Below are positions 17,672 to 27,294 of a stretch of 64,000 nucleotides of DNA, piece after piece (within the stretch, counting starts at the first letter, position 1; each line of letters starts with the position of its first letter). Location of the stretch: positions 330-64,329 of the forward strand of contig DATIPA010000119.1 of NCBI GenBank assembly GCA_035472475.1, read 5' to 3'. This DNA is from Xanthobacteraceae bacterium. Lineage in GTDB: Bacteria; Pseudomonadota; Alphaproteobacteria; Rhizobiales; Xanthobacteraceae. Both the position numbers and the translations under genes were made by a program. The notes beneath the pieces are model-generated. The model searched no databases and was not told the DNA's origin. It saw nothing but the letters and a program-made list of their open reading frames with translations.

Positions 17672-18607
17672 ATGGTTCAGAACTACGACATCGTCATCGC
17701 CGGCGGGGGTCTCGCCGGACTGACCGCGGCCGTCACGGCGGCACGGCTCGGCCGCAAGACGCTGGTACTCACCGGCGACGTCATTGGCGGACAACTCCTG
17801 AGCATCGAAAAGATCGAGGGCTTTCCCGGATTTCCGGACGGCGTCCCCGGTTACGATCTCGCCCCAATGACGCAGGAGGAAGCCGCAACCGCCGGCGCCG
17901 AATTCACCGCGGCCGAACTCAAAAACCTCACCCCCGACGCAGGCGGCTGGCGGCTGGCAACCGGCGAAGGCGAGGTTGCCGCCCGCGCCGTGGTGCTGGC
18001 GACCGGCTCGTCGCTGCGCGAGCTCGACGTGCCCGGCGAAGCGCGCCTGCGCGGCCAGGGCGTGAGCCATTGCGCGAGCTGCGATGCGCCATTGCTGCGC
18101 GACAAGATCGCCGTCGTCGTAGGAGGCGGCGATTCCGCCATGCAGGAGGCGCTGACCTTGGCGCAACACGTCAAGGAGGTCGCGATACTGACCCACGGCA
18201 CCGGCCTCGCCGGCCAGACGAGCTTTCGCGAGCGCGTGACGCAAAATCCGAAGATCAAGGTGCGGCCGCAGATCGAGGTGACGGAGATCCTCGGCGAGGC
18301 CAAGGTCACGGGCGTGCGCATGCGTGATATGTCGGGCGGCGCCGTGACAGATCTCGCTGCCGACGCGGTGTTTGTCTACACTGGCCTTCAACCAAATACC
18401 GCATTCCTCGATGGCCGGATCAAACTTGGCCCTGGGGGCGGAATTCCGACCGACGAGTGGATGCACACGGAGCTGATTGGCGTTTGTGCCGCCGGAACGG
18501 TTCGCGCCGGATCAGCTTGTCGGGCGGCCAGTTCGGCAGGCGACGGCGCCGCGGCCGCAATCGCGGTTGATCGGTACTTGACCGACGGCAGTTGGCGGCG
18601 AAATTAG
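17672..18607 (+). CDS. Thioredoxin-disulfide reductase-like FAD-dependent pyridine nucleotide-disulfide oxidoreductase
   Basis: 311-aa ORF. N-terminal GGGLAGL FAD motif, redox-active CASC in GVSHCASCDAPLL (compare E. coli TrxB GVSACATCDG) and a second Rossmann VVGGGDSAMQEA. Confidence 0.8.
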   Translation: MVQNYDIVIAGGGLAGLTAAVTAARLGRKTLVLTGDVIGGQLLSIEKIEGFPGFPDGVPGYDLAPMTQEEAATAGAEFTAAELKNLTPDAGGWRLATGEGEVAARAVVLATGSSLRELDVPGEARLRGQGVSHCASCDAPLLRDKIAVVVGGGDSAMQEALTLAQHVKEVAILTHGTGLAGQTSFRERVTQNPKIKVRPQIEVTEILGEAKVTGVRMRDMSGGAVTDLAADAVFVYTGLQPNTAFLDGRIKLGPGGGIPTDEWMHTELIGVCAAGTVRAGSACRAASSAGDGAAAAIAVDRYLTDGSWRRN

Positions 18608-18632
18608 CGCGACGGAATGAGAGGAGACCGCA

Positions 18633-20267
18633 ATGGCGGAACGACTGACGGTCCTCAATCCAACCGGATACCCGCCCAAGGTCGTGGGCAAGCGGCTCGC
18701 GCCGCGACCGCAGAGCCTCGACGGCAAGACGCTCTATCTGGTCGATTGCCTGTTCGACAACTCCGAAGCGTTCATGGATCAGATGCGGCGCTGGTTCGCC
18801 GAGCACCTACCCACCGTCAACACCCGCATGATCAAGCCGCGCGAGAGCTGGGTCGACGACCCGGACATGCGCGCCAAGGTCGCGGCCGACGGCGACGCCG
18901 CCATATTGGGTGTCGGACTTTGAAGCACCTGTAGCCCCACGGTCGTGGGGCTCGCCATGGCGCTGGAGCAGGCCGGTGTGCCGTCGGTCGCGCTCCATAC
19001 CCACGTGTTTGCGCGGCTTGCGCAATCGGTGGCGCGCGCCAACGGGATGCCGCGCACGCGCCAGGCCTATGTTCCGCAGCCGATCGTCGATCTTTCGCCC
19101 GAGCAGCTGCGCGGCTACATCGACGGCGCCGATCCGGTCTCGCGCCGCCCCTTTATGCAGGAAGTGATCGAGGCGCTGACGAGGCCGCTCGACGAAGACG
19201 ACCTCAAAGGTCTCACGTTCGAACGCTCGACGCCGCGGCTGCTCGAACCTGACACCGAAGACAACCTCCAGAAGCTGTTCATCGAGAACAACTGGACGGA
19301 CTTCCTGCCCGTCATTCTGCCGACCGAGGAACGGGTCGCCGCCATGCTCAAGGGCACGAGCCATCCGCCCGACAAGGTGGTGGGCCGGCTGCGCCCGACC
19401 TCGTTCCGCGAATTCTGGGAGCTCACGGTCGAGAAGGTCGCCGTCAACGCCGTCATGGCCGGTGCCAAGCCGGAGTATCTGCCCGTGATCCTGGCGCACG
19501 CGGCAAGCGGTGTCACCGCACGCTCATCGAGCACGACCTCGCTCGCGATGATCAGCCTGGTCAACGGTCCGATCCGCAACGAGATCGGCATGAGTTCGGG
19601 GATCGGCGCGATGGGTCCCTACAATCACGCCAACGTCACCATCGGTCGCGCCTACAATCTCCTCTCGATCAACGGCCAGGGCGGATCGGTGCCGGGTGAC
19701 ACCTACATGGGCACCCTCGGCAACGCGTTGAACTACAGCGCGACCTTTGCGGAAGCCGAGGAGCGCAGTCCGTGGCAACCCTTCCACGTGCAGAAGGGTT
19801 TCAAGCCGACCGACAGCACGGTCAGCATCTTCTTCGGCGGGCGCTACACCGCCTCGGGCTTCGGGCCGCGCGCGACCTGGAAGGAGAAGATGATCCGCTG
19901 CCTGACCTCGATCGATCACAACCAGGGGCCGCTGTTGGTGATGGACCCGATCGTCGCTCGCCTGTTCGTCGATCTCGGCTTTGACACCAAGGAAAAGCTG
20001 ATCGACTGGTGTGCCCAGAACGCCCAGATGCCAGCGCGCGACTATTGGGACGACCAATGGGTGCAGACGCTGACGCATCCGCTCGCGATTGCCGGCGTTG
20101 AGCCTTTTGCCAGCAAGCTCAAAGCCAGGCCTGACGAGATGGTGAAATTGTTCGAGCCGCACGACATCTCAATCGTGGTCGCCGGCGGCGAAACCCAGGG
20201 CGCCTGGAAGATGATTGGCGGCGCCTATCGGGGCAAGGCCACGGTCTCGGTCGATGCCTGGCGGTGA
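18633..20267 (+). CDS. Candidate selenoprotein (in-frame UGA at 18921-18923, U-S-T-C motif). GrdB/PrdB-like or UGSC-like N-terminal redox domain fused to a domain of unknown function
   Basis: ORFs 18633..18923 and 18945..20267 share a frame and are separated only by one TGA. GAGGAG SD precedes ATG 18633. There is no SD before GTG 18945. A SECIS-like hairpin follows the TGA. Confidence 0.6.
18933..18952 (+). promoter_or_regulatory. SECIS-like stem-loop (putative selenocysteine recoding signal)
   Basis: AGCCCCA-CGGUCG-UGGGGCU: a 7-bp perfect stem starting 9 nt after the UGA. The loop contains GGUC closed by C:G. The UGA-to-loop distance is 16 nt. Confidence 0.55.
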
Positions 20268-20374
20268 CGCGCCGGGCCGCTTGGCTCGGATGCGCCGCGC
20301 GGCTGTCTTTCCCAACTACTCCTAAGCTATGCTGCGCGCGCCCGCTGCACGCGGGGTCATCTGCGAGGCATGGC

Positions 20375-21376
20375 ATGCACAATCGGAATGTCAGTTTGAT
20401 ATGGGCGACAGCTGCCGCACTCTTTGTTGTGGCGGGTGGCGCGATCAGCGCCTCTGCCGACACCTACCCGAGCCGCCCGATCAAGATCATCGTGCCGTTC
20501 GCGGCCGGCACCTCCACCGACATCACGGCGCGCCGTGTCGGCGACGGCATGGCGCCGCTGCTGGGCCAGCCGTTTGTGGTCGAAGCCAAGGGCGGCGCCG
20601 GTGGAACGATTGGAACCGACCTCGTGGCAAAGTCTCCGCCGGACGGGTACACGCTCGTTCTCGGCAGCATCGGTACCCATGCCTTCAACGTCAGTCTCTA
20701 CAAGGCGCTGTCCTATGATCCGCTGCGGGACTTCGCTCCGGTGACCCGCCTCGTGTACGGCGGCTTCAACACGCTGTTGGTGAACCCGGCGCTGCCCGCC
20801 AACAATCTCACCGAATTCGTCGCGCTTGCGAAGGCACGCGATGCCGCTGGCAAACCTCTGACGTTCGGTTCCGCGGGAGTAGGCTCAGTCGGCCACCTCC
20901 TGGTGGAGCTTCTCAAGCAAGCGACCGACATCAAGGCCCTGCACGTGCCCTACAAGGGATCGTCGCTGATCGTCGCCGACGTCATGGGCGGGCACGTGGA
21001 TTTCTTCATCGCGGCGCCGTCGATCGCGATCCCGCAGGTGACCGGCAAGACCTTGAAGGCGATCGCCATCGACGCACCGGAGCGTTCGCCCTATCTGCCC
21101 GGTGTCGCGACCATGCGGGAGGCCGGCATCAACAACGTCGAGGCGCAGATCTGGCTCGGATTGTTCGCGCCCGCCGGAACGCCGCCCGATGTGATCAACC
21201 AGTTGCACGCGGCGGCGTTGCGGGTGTTGGCCACCGACAAGGTCAAAACGGAGTTTGACCGCGATGGCCTCACCATCGTGACCGACCAGAGCCCCGACGC
21301 GTTTCGCAAGGTCGTTGCCGCCGACATCACCAAGTGGGCCGCCGTCGTCAAGGCGGCAGGCATTGTGCCGGAATAG
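20375..21376 (+). CDS. Bug family tripartite tricarboxylate transporter substrate-binding protein (TctC-like)
   Basis: Start at ATG 20375 (MHNRNVSLIWATAAALFVVAGGAISASA signal peptide). YPSRPIKIIVPFAAGTSTD is typical of the Bug/TctC family. Confidence 0.85.
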   Translation: MHNRNVSLIWATAAALFVVAGGAISASADTYPSRPIKIIVPFAAGTSTDITARRVGDGMAPLLGQPFVVEAKGGAGGTIGTDLVAKSPPDGYTLVLGSIGTHAFNVSLYKALSYDPLRDFAPVTRLVYGGFNTLLVNPALPANNLTEFVALAKARDAAGKPLTFGSAGVGSVGHLLVELLKQATDIKALHVPYKGSSLIVADVMGGHVDFFIAAPSIAIPQVTGKTLKAIAIDAPERSPYLPGVATMREAGINNVEAQIWLGLFAPAGTPPDVINQLHAAALRVLATDKVKTEFDRDGLTIVTDQSPDAFRKVVAADITKWAAVVKAAGIVPE

Positions 21377-21404
21377 GCCGCGCTCATGGCCAGATGGACC
21401 AACC

Positions 21405-21791
21405 ATGATTAAACCGATCGAGTATGCGGACGCCTCGCGCGACGTGCGCGCCGTGTTCGACGACATCAAGAAGACCCGTAACGTTCCCGACGTGAACAAC
21501 TTCTGGAAATACCTCGCGCACGATCCGGTCGGCCTCAAGCGCACCTGGGAGAGCGTCAAGGAGGTGATGGCGCCCGGCGCCATCGATGCGCTCACCAAGG
21601 AGATGATCTACCTCGCGGTCAGCGTCACCAACGGCTGCGGCTATTGCATCGCGAGCCACGGTGCGGCCGCCCGCAAGGCCGGCATGACCGAAGCCATGTT
21701 CGGCGAGCTGATGGGGGTCGTCGGCATGGCGAACGAGACCAACCGGCTAGCGAACGGCTACCGGGTGCCGATCGATCCGGCGTTCGAATAG
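21405..21791 (+). CDS. Carboxymuconolactone decarboxylase family protein (AhpD-like, CxxC)
   Basis: 128 aa from ATG 21405. AhpD-type motif NGCGYCIASH. Confidence 0.85.
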   Translation: MIKPIEYADASRDVRAVFDDIKKTRNVPDVNNFWKYLAHDPVGLKRTWESVKEVMAPGAIDALTKEMIYLAVSVTNGCGYCIASHGAAARKAGMTEAMFGELMGVVGMANETNRLANGYRVPIDPAFE

Positions 21792-21883
21792 GATTCAAGC
21801 ATGCCGGGTCCAACGATCGCGCGACTTGACGGGCACACGCGGCCAAAGAACCATAGCGAGCGCCTGCGCTCCGGGATAACAGC

Positions 21884-23239
21884 ATGCCCATGATGAAGCT
21901 TGGACTGTTCTTCGAAGGCTGCGGCCATCACATCGCGGCGTGGCGCGATCCGGAGGTCGATGCGCACGCCAAGCAGTCGCTCGCCCACTACGTCGAGATT
22001 GCGCGGCTCGCTGAGCGCGGCAAGTTTGATCTTCTGTTCACCGCCGATACCAACGCGACGTTCGGCCCGGATGATGTCGAAGCCTGGACCCGCACCACAG
22101 CGGCCTCGCGGCTCGAGCCGATTACGCTGCTGGGCGCGCTTGCGGCCGTCACCAGCAGGATCGGGCTCGTCGCCACCGCCACCACGACCTACTTCGAGCC
22201 GTTCCACGTCGCGCGCTTTTTTGCGTCACTCGACCAGATCAGCGGCGGCCGCGCCGGTTGGAATCTCGTGACCTCGTCTGCCGCCGCCGAGGCTTACAAC
22301 TTTGGTCGCGAACAGCACGCCGGCCATGCCGACCGCTACGCACGGGCGCACGAGTTTGCCAAGGTGGTGCTCGGTCTGTGGGATAGCTGGGAGGACCATG
22401 CGGTCATCGCCGACAAACAGAATGGCCTCTATCTCGACCGCGACAAGCTGCACTTCCTCAACCACAAGGGTCAGCACTTCGCGGTGCGCGGTCCGCTGAC
22501 GGTGCACCCCTCACCGCAAGGCCATCCTGTGATCGTGCAGGCCGGACAGTCCGAGGACGGCCGCGAGCTCGCGGCCGAAACTGCGGAGGTCATCTTCACG
22601 GTGCAGCAGGACCTCGCCGCGGGGCGCGAGTTCTACAACGACGTCAAGCGCCGCGCCGCCGCTTACGGCCGTCCGCCCGAGGCCATCAAGGTGATGCCCG
22701 GCGTGATGACGGTGATCGGGCGGACGCGCGCGGAGGCCGAGGACAAATATGGCCGGTTGCAGGATCTGATCGCGCCCGAGATCGGCATCAAGATGTTGTC
22801 GACCTACCTTGGGGTGGATCTGACGCGACACTCGCTCGACGGCCCGGTTCCGGAACCGAAGTACACCAGCCAGGAAGTCGGCCGCGTCAAGGTCATGGTC
22901 GATCTTGCCCGGCGCGAGAACCTGACGATCCGCCAGCTCTACAAGCGCGTCGTCGGCCAGCGCGCCCATCGCGTGGTGATTGGCACGCCGGGTGACATCG
23001 CGGATGCGCTCGAGCAATGGTTCACGGCCGGCGCGGCCGACGGCTTCAACATCCTGCCGCTCACGTTCCCGCGCGGGCTCGAGGAGTTGGTTGACTTCGT
23101 CATTCCGGAACTGCAGCGGCGCGGGCTGTTCCGGACCGAGTACGAAGGCCGCACGCTACGGGAAAATCTCGGCCTGCCGCACCCCCTCAATCGCTGGTCG
23201 GCGGATAGGCAGCGAGCGGCGCTACGGCACGTCAGCTGA
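21884..23239 (+). CDS. LLM class flavin-dependent monooxygenase (NtaA/SnaA/DszA family)
   Basis: 451-aa ORF. MKLGLFFEGCGHHIAAWRDP and overall layout are typical of the nitrilotriacetate-monooxygenase component A family. Confidence 0.85.
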   Translation: MPMMKLGLFFEGCGHHIAAWRDPEVDAHAKQSLAHYVEIARLAERGKFDLLFTADTNATFGPDDVEAWTRTTAASRLEPITLLGALAAVTSRIGLVATATTTYFEPFHVARFFASLDQISGGRAGWNLVTSSAAAEAYNFGREQHAGHADRYARAHEFAKVVLGLWDSWEDHAVIADKQNGLYLDRDKLHFLNHKGQHFAVRGPLTVHPSPQGHPVIVQAGQSEDGRELAAETAEVIFTVQQDLAAGREFYNDVKRRAAAYGRPPEAIKVMPGVMTVIGRTRAEAEDKYGRLQDLIAPEIGIKMLSTYLGVDLTRHSLDGPVPEPKYTSQEVGRVKVMVDLARRENLTIRQLYKRVVGQRAHRVVIGTPGDIADALEQWFTAGAADGFNILPLTFPRGLEELVDFVIPELQRRGLFRTEYEGRTLRENLGLPHPLNRWSADRQRAALRHVS

Positions 23240-23260
23240 CAAGGGCCGCCAGTCGGCCGT

Positions 23261-23716
23261 TCAAGTGCAATGTGGGTAAATGGCTGTCAGTTCGTGGCCG
23301 CGCAGCAGGATCAGGTGCGAGTTGAGGCCGCCGCGCCGCAAGATCCAACCGCGCACCTCGGCGGGATAGAGATCCATCATCAGACGGGTGGCCTCCGGTT
23401 GCGGTACTACGTGCCCGCGCTCGGCTGGAACCCACGCCGCGTGGAAGCCGAGCACCGCCCGCGACGTGACGCAAATCCGGCTTCTCGGTACGACCCCGAG
23501 GACTAGCGTGCAGGCCGAAAGACATGGGCCATCGATGACGACGCGCTCTCCAGTTGCCCGCACCTCTTCGAACAGGTCGAGGAATTCGCCGATTTGCCCG
23601 CCCGGGCTCGACTTGATGCGCACCTCCGCCGTGGCCGGACCGAGCACCGCCAGCACGACCAGCATCGCGGCCGCGATTCCACACGCCGCCGGTGTCCCTG
23701 TTTTGAAGGTTCCCAT
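23261..23716 (-). CDS. Hypothetical exported protein
   Basis: 151-aa ORF with a signal-like N-terminus (AAAMLVVLAVLGPATAEV). No family recognised. Confidence 0.55.
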   Translation of the reverse strand: MGTFKTGTPAACGIAAAMLVVLAVLGPATAEVRIKSSPGGQIGEFLDLFEEVRATGERVVIDGPCLSACTLVLGVVPRSRICVTSRAVLGFHAAWVPAERGHVVPQPEATRLMMDLYPAEVRGWILRRGGLNSHLILLRGHELTAIYPHCT

Positions 23717-23799
23717 CGACCCCGAAAGGCTAACGACGCCAGCGCGGAAAACTAGGACATGACGCGAGCAGGTGCAAACCGGTATCTAAATAGGGCAAA

Positions 23800-24678
23800 T
23801 CATCGCCGCTTCATGGTCGGATCGAGCGCGACCCGCATTGATTCGCCGAGGGCATTGAAGGCAAGCGCGGTGAACAGGATGGCGAGGCCGGGCGCGTACA
23901 TCTGTTCGGGCGCGATCTCGATATAGTTGTACGCGCGTGCCAGCATGCCGCCCCAGCTTGCCGCCGGCGGCTGCACGCCAAGCGACAGGAAGCTCAGGCT
24001 TGCCTCGGCGAGCAGCGCGATCGCGAGCATGAGCGTGACCTGGACAATCACAGGCTGGATGGCGTTCGGCACGATGTGCCTGATGATGATGTGGCTGGTG
24101 CTGGCGCCGAACCCGCGCGCGGCGTCGACGTAGAGCGCGCTCTTCACCACCAGGGTCTGGGCGCGCACCAGTCTCGCCAGCACCGGCGCGAACACAAAAC
24201 CGACCGACAGCATCGCGTTGGTCAGTCCGATCCCGAGCGCACCGGTAACCGCAATCGCCAGCACGATCGGCGGGAACGACAGAAGCGCGTCGATGAAGCG
24301 GCTGGTTGCCTCGTCGATCCAACCTCCGAGGAACCCGATGACGAGGCCAACCGGAACGCCGAGCGCGACGCCGACGCCGACCGCCAGGAACGAGGCATAG
24401 AGAGAGTTGGGTGCGCCCCAGATCAGCCGGCTGAGCACGTCGCGACCAAGATCGTCGGTGCCAAGCCAGTGTGCGGCGCTCGGCGGCAGCAGCAGCTGGG
24501 TCACGTCCTGATCGACCGGCGAATACGGCGCCAGCACCGGGGCGAAGATCGAAACAATCACCATCAACCCGAGAAACGCAATGCTCAGCACGGCGCGCAG
24601 GTCGCGGCGCATCCAGCGCAGAACCTTGATGGCGCGCGAGCGCCGCGGCGGTGCCGGAACGTCGACGACGGCGGTCAT
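23800..24678 (-). CDS. ABC transporter permease (DppC/OppC-like)
   Basis: 292-aa polytopic ORF with a 4-nt ATGA overlap with the upstream permease gene. Confidence 0.9.
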   Translation of the reverse strand: MTAVVDVPAPPRRSRAIKVLRWMRRDLRAVLSIAFLGLMVIVSIFAPVLAPYSPVDQDVTQLLLPPSAAHWLGTDDLGRDVLSRLIWGAPNSLYASFLAVGVGVALGVPVGLVIGFLGGWIDEATSRFIDALLSFPPIVLAIAVTGALGIGLTNAMLSVGFVFAPVLARLVRAQTLVVKSALYVDAARGFGASTSHIIIRHIVPNAIQPVIVQVTLMLAIALLAEASLSFLSLGVQPPAASWGGMLARAYNYIEIAPEQMYAPGLAILFTALAFNALGESMRVALDPTMKRR

Positions 24679-25628
24679 GCTTCCGCCGCCCGCGGATCAA
24701 GTAGCGCGTTGAGCACGTCGACCGCCAGATTGACCAGGATGACGATGACGACCAGCACCAGCACCACACCCTGCACCACCGGGAAATCTTTGTTGAGGGC
24801 CGAGGTGGCGACGAGACTGCCGACGCCGGGAATCGCGAACACCGCTTCGATCACGACCGCACCTGAGAACAACCGATTAACCTGGAGGCCGAGCAACGTC
24901 AGCATCGTCACGCTGATGTTGCGCAGGCCGTGCTTCCAAAGCACCGCACCAGCGCCGAGACCTTTTGCGCGCAGCGTGCGGATATATTGCGAGTTGAGCA
25001 CCTCGATCAGGGCGCTGCGCACCTGGCGGGCAAGCTCGGCGATCACTCCTACCGCAAGCGCAACCGCCGGAAGGGTCGCGTGCATCAGTGCGCCCCATGG
25101 ATCGGCTGTGATCGACACCGCGCCCGTGGTCGGGAACCAGTGGTATTTGAGCGACAGCGTCGCGACCAGGAGCATGGCGAGCCAGAAGCTCGGAAGCGCT
25201 ACACCAAGCGACGCAAGCCCGGTGATAAGCGAGTCAAGCTTCGTGCCGACCCGGGTGGCCGCGAGCACACCGAGCGAAACTCCGACCAGGCCCGCGATCA
25301 CGAGCGCATAGACCGCGATCAGGATCGTGTTCGGAAGCCGGTAGAGGATCAGCTCCGACACCGGCTGGCTTGTCAGAAGCGAGCGTCCGAGATTTCCCTC
25401 AAGGGCGTGCAGAAGCCACACCCCGTATTGAACTACGAACGGCTGATCGAGCCCGTAGAGCTGCCTGATCTCGGCGATGCGCTGTTCCGACGCGTAATCG
25501 CCGGCGAGCACGACCGCGGGATCGCCGGGCACCAGCTGCAGCAGCGAGAACACCACGAAGGTCGCAAACACAATGATCGGCAGCAGTTGCCACAGACGGC
25601 GGCCGATCAGGCGTGGAAGTTTGCCCAT
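24675..25628 (-). CDS. ABC transporter permease (DppB/OppB-like)
   Basis: 317-aa polytopic ORF with a typical N-terminus MGKLPRLIGRRLWQLLPIIVF. Confidence 0.9.
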   Translation of the reverse strand: MGKLPRLIGRRLWQLLPIIVFATFVVFSLLQLVPGDPAVVLAGDYASEQRIAEIRQLYGLDQPFVVQYGVWLLHALEGNLGRSLLTSQPVSELILYRLPNTILIAVYALVIAGLVGVSLGVLAATRVGTKLDSLITGLASLGVALPSFWLAMLLVATLSLKYHWFPTTGAVSITADPWGALMHATLPAVALAVGVIAELARQVRSALIEVLNSQYIRTLRAKGLGAGAVLWKHGLRNISVTMLTLLGLQVNRLFSGAVVIEAVFAIPGVGSLVATSALNKDFPVVQGVVLVLVVIVILVNLAVDVLNALLDPRAAEA

Positions 25629-25637
25629 TACTGGTCC

Positions 25638-27200
25638 TTACGCAGACAGCCAGACCTCGGTGAACTTCGGCGTTGCCGGCAGGCCGTCGGTGTAGTTTTG
25701 CACTTTGGGGCTCATCACGCCGATCGCTGGCGCGATGAATTGCACCATCTGCAACGCGTTTTCGACCACGAACCGCTGCAGCTTGGCAAACGCCGCCTTG
25801 CGCACGCTCTGCTCCGGCGTGTCCATGGTGGCGTCGAGGAGTTCGCGGAAGCCCGGCAGCTCGACCCGGCCGGCGTTGCGCAGCGCGTCTTTGCCGAACA
25901 GATTTTCGTAGAACTGGCTCGGATCGGCGAACGGCGACGACGGGCTGATGAACATCGCGCCCTTCCTGTCGATCATGAACGCCTGCACGGCCTGCTGCGG
26001 AGACAGCGCCGTCAGCTTGACGCGGATGCCGGCCTTGGCGAGCTGCGAGATGATCAGCTCCTGGCGCTGCATCGCGGTCTGGTCGGGCCAACCGATCGAC
26101 TCGATCTCGATCCCGTCGGGATGGCCGGCTTCGGCCAGTAGCTTCTTCGCCTTGTCGAGATCGTACGTGTAGTAGTTCGCGGTCGCCGGATCGCACGCCC
26201 ACAGCGCCTTCGACAGGATTGTGCTGGACACTTGCCCGAGGCCGAGCGCCGCCACCTTGTTGATCTCGTCGCGATTGATCGCGTAGTTCAACGCCTGCCG
26301 AACGCGCACGTCATCCAGCGGCGGGCGCGAGTAGTTGATGAACGTGCCGTAGGGCACCAGCGACGGAAAAACTTTCGTCACCACGTTGGGAGATCGATCG
26401 GCGACCGCCTTCTGCTGCGGCTGTAGGTTGAGGGCCACGTCGGTCTCGCCGGCGATCACCGTGCGAGCAACCGTATTGAGCTCGCTGATGATGCGCATGT
26501 TGATGCCGTCTAGGTACGGCAGGCCCGGCCTCCAGTAGTTCTCATTGCGGGTGAGCACGAAACTGTCGTTGTCCTGCCAGCTCACAAACTTGAATGGGCC
26601 GGTTCCCACAGGATTGCGGTCGACGTTCGGTCCTTTCTCCTGGATCGATTTGGGCGAGACCATCAATCCGACTCGGTTGGTCAAAATGGTCGGAAGGCCG
26701 ACGTTGGGCTTGTTCAGCCTGATGGTCACCTGGTTGGGCCCGGTGACCTCGACCTTGTCGACGGTGCCGAGGTCAGATTTCACGTTTGAGCGTGGATCGT
26801 TCTTGTAGCGCTCGAGGTTGAACTTGACCGCTTCGGCATTGAGCGGCGAACCATCGTGAAAATTCACGCCTTCGACCAGATCGAGCACGAGCGTCTTCAG
26901 ATCCGTGAACTTCCAGGTCTTGGCGAGGCCGGGCTTGAGCTCGAGCGTGAGCGGTTCGAAGTCGACCAGCGCATCGAACACGCCGTAGAGGACGTTGAAG
27001 TCCGTGAGGTTTCGCCCGGTCATGGGGTCGACCGAGCCGGGATTGTAGGGCATCGCCACCCGCAGAATGCCGCCCTTGCGCGGTGTTCCTTGCGCGACTG
27101 CGCCGCCCGGCAGCAACAAGGCTCCGGCGGCCGCCGCAGTCGCCTTCATAACGTCGCGGCGGTCCAGCATGACCTGATCGATGTCCCTCGTCATCTCCAT
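25638..27200 (-). CDS. ABC transporter substrate-binding protein (peptide/nickel family 5), copy 1
   Basis: 520-aa ORF with a Tat-like signal (DRRDVMKATAAAAGALLLP) and family-5 SBP sequence. Confidence 0.9.
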   Translation of the reverse strand: MEMTRDIDQVMLDRRDVMKATAAAAGALLLPGGAVAQGTPRKGGILRVAMPYNPGSVDPMTGRNLTDFNVLYGVFDALVDFEPLTLELKPGLAKTWKFTDLKTLVLDLVEGVNFHDGSPLNAEAVKFNLERYKNDPRSNVKSDLGTVDKVEVTGPNQVTIRLNKPNVGLPTILTNRVGLMVSPKSIQEKGPNVDRNPVGTGPFKFVSWQDNDSFVLTRNENYWRPGLPYLDGINMRIISELNTVARTVIAGETDVALNLQPQQKAVADRSPNVVTKVFPSLVPYGTFINYSRPPLDDVRVRQALNYAINRDEINKVAALGLGQVSSTILSKALWACDPATANYYTYDLDKAKKLLAEAGHPDGIEIESIGWPDQTAMQRQELIISQLAKAGIRVKLTALSPQQAVQAFMIDRKGAMFISPSSPFADPSQFYENLFGKDALRNAGRVELPGFRELLDATMDTPEQSVRKAAFAKLQRFVVENALQMVQFIAPAIGVMSPKVQNYTDGLPATPKFTEVWLSA

Positions 27201-27294
27201 CCTCCCATGGCGTCAATCAATCCGGCGTCACAGTCGCCGTCGGATCCTCGTCTGGCCTGAACCATAGCCCGCGCGCACAATGGGCGCACGCCGT

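Noticed and set aside
17561-18466. N-terminal 302-codon extension of the Rieske oxygenase ORF (16232..18466)
   Set aside because: The extension is antisense to the TrxR-like gene and has no homology pattern. ATG 17560 gives an N-terminus that matches the paralog at 66..1361.
18945-20267. Treating the 440-aa ORF as an independent gene starting at GTG 18945
   Set aside because: There is no SD-like sequence upstream, and the GTG lies inside the hairpin loop/stem. The frame is continuous with the upstream ORF except for one TGA placed in a UxxC context. Read-through is the more economical reading, although it is unproven.
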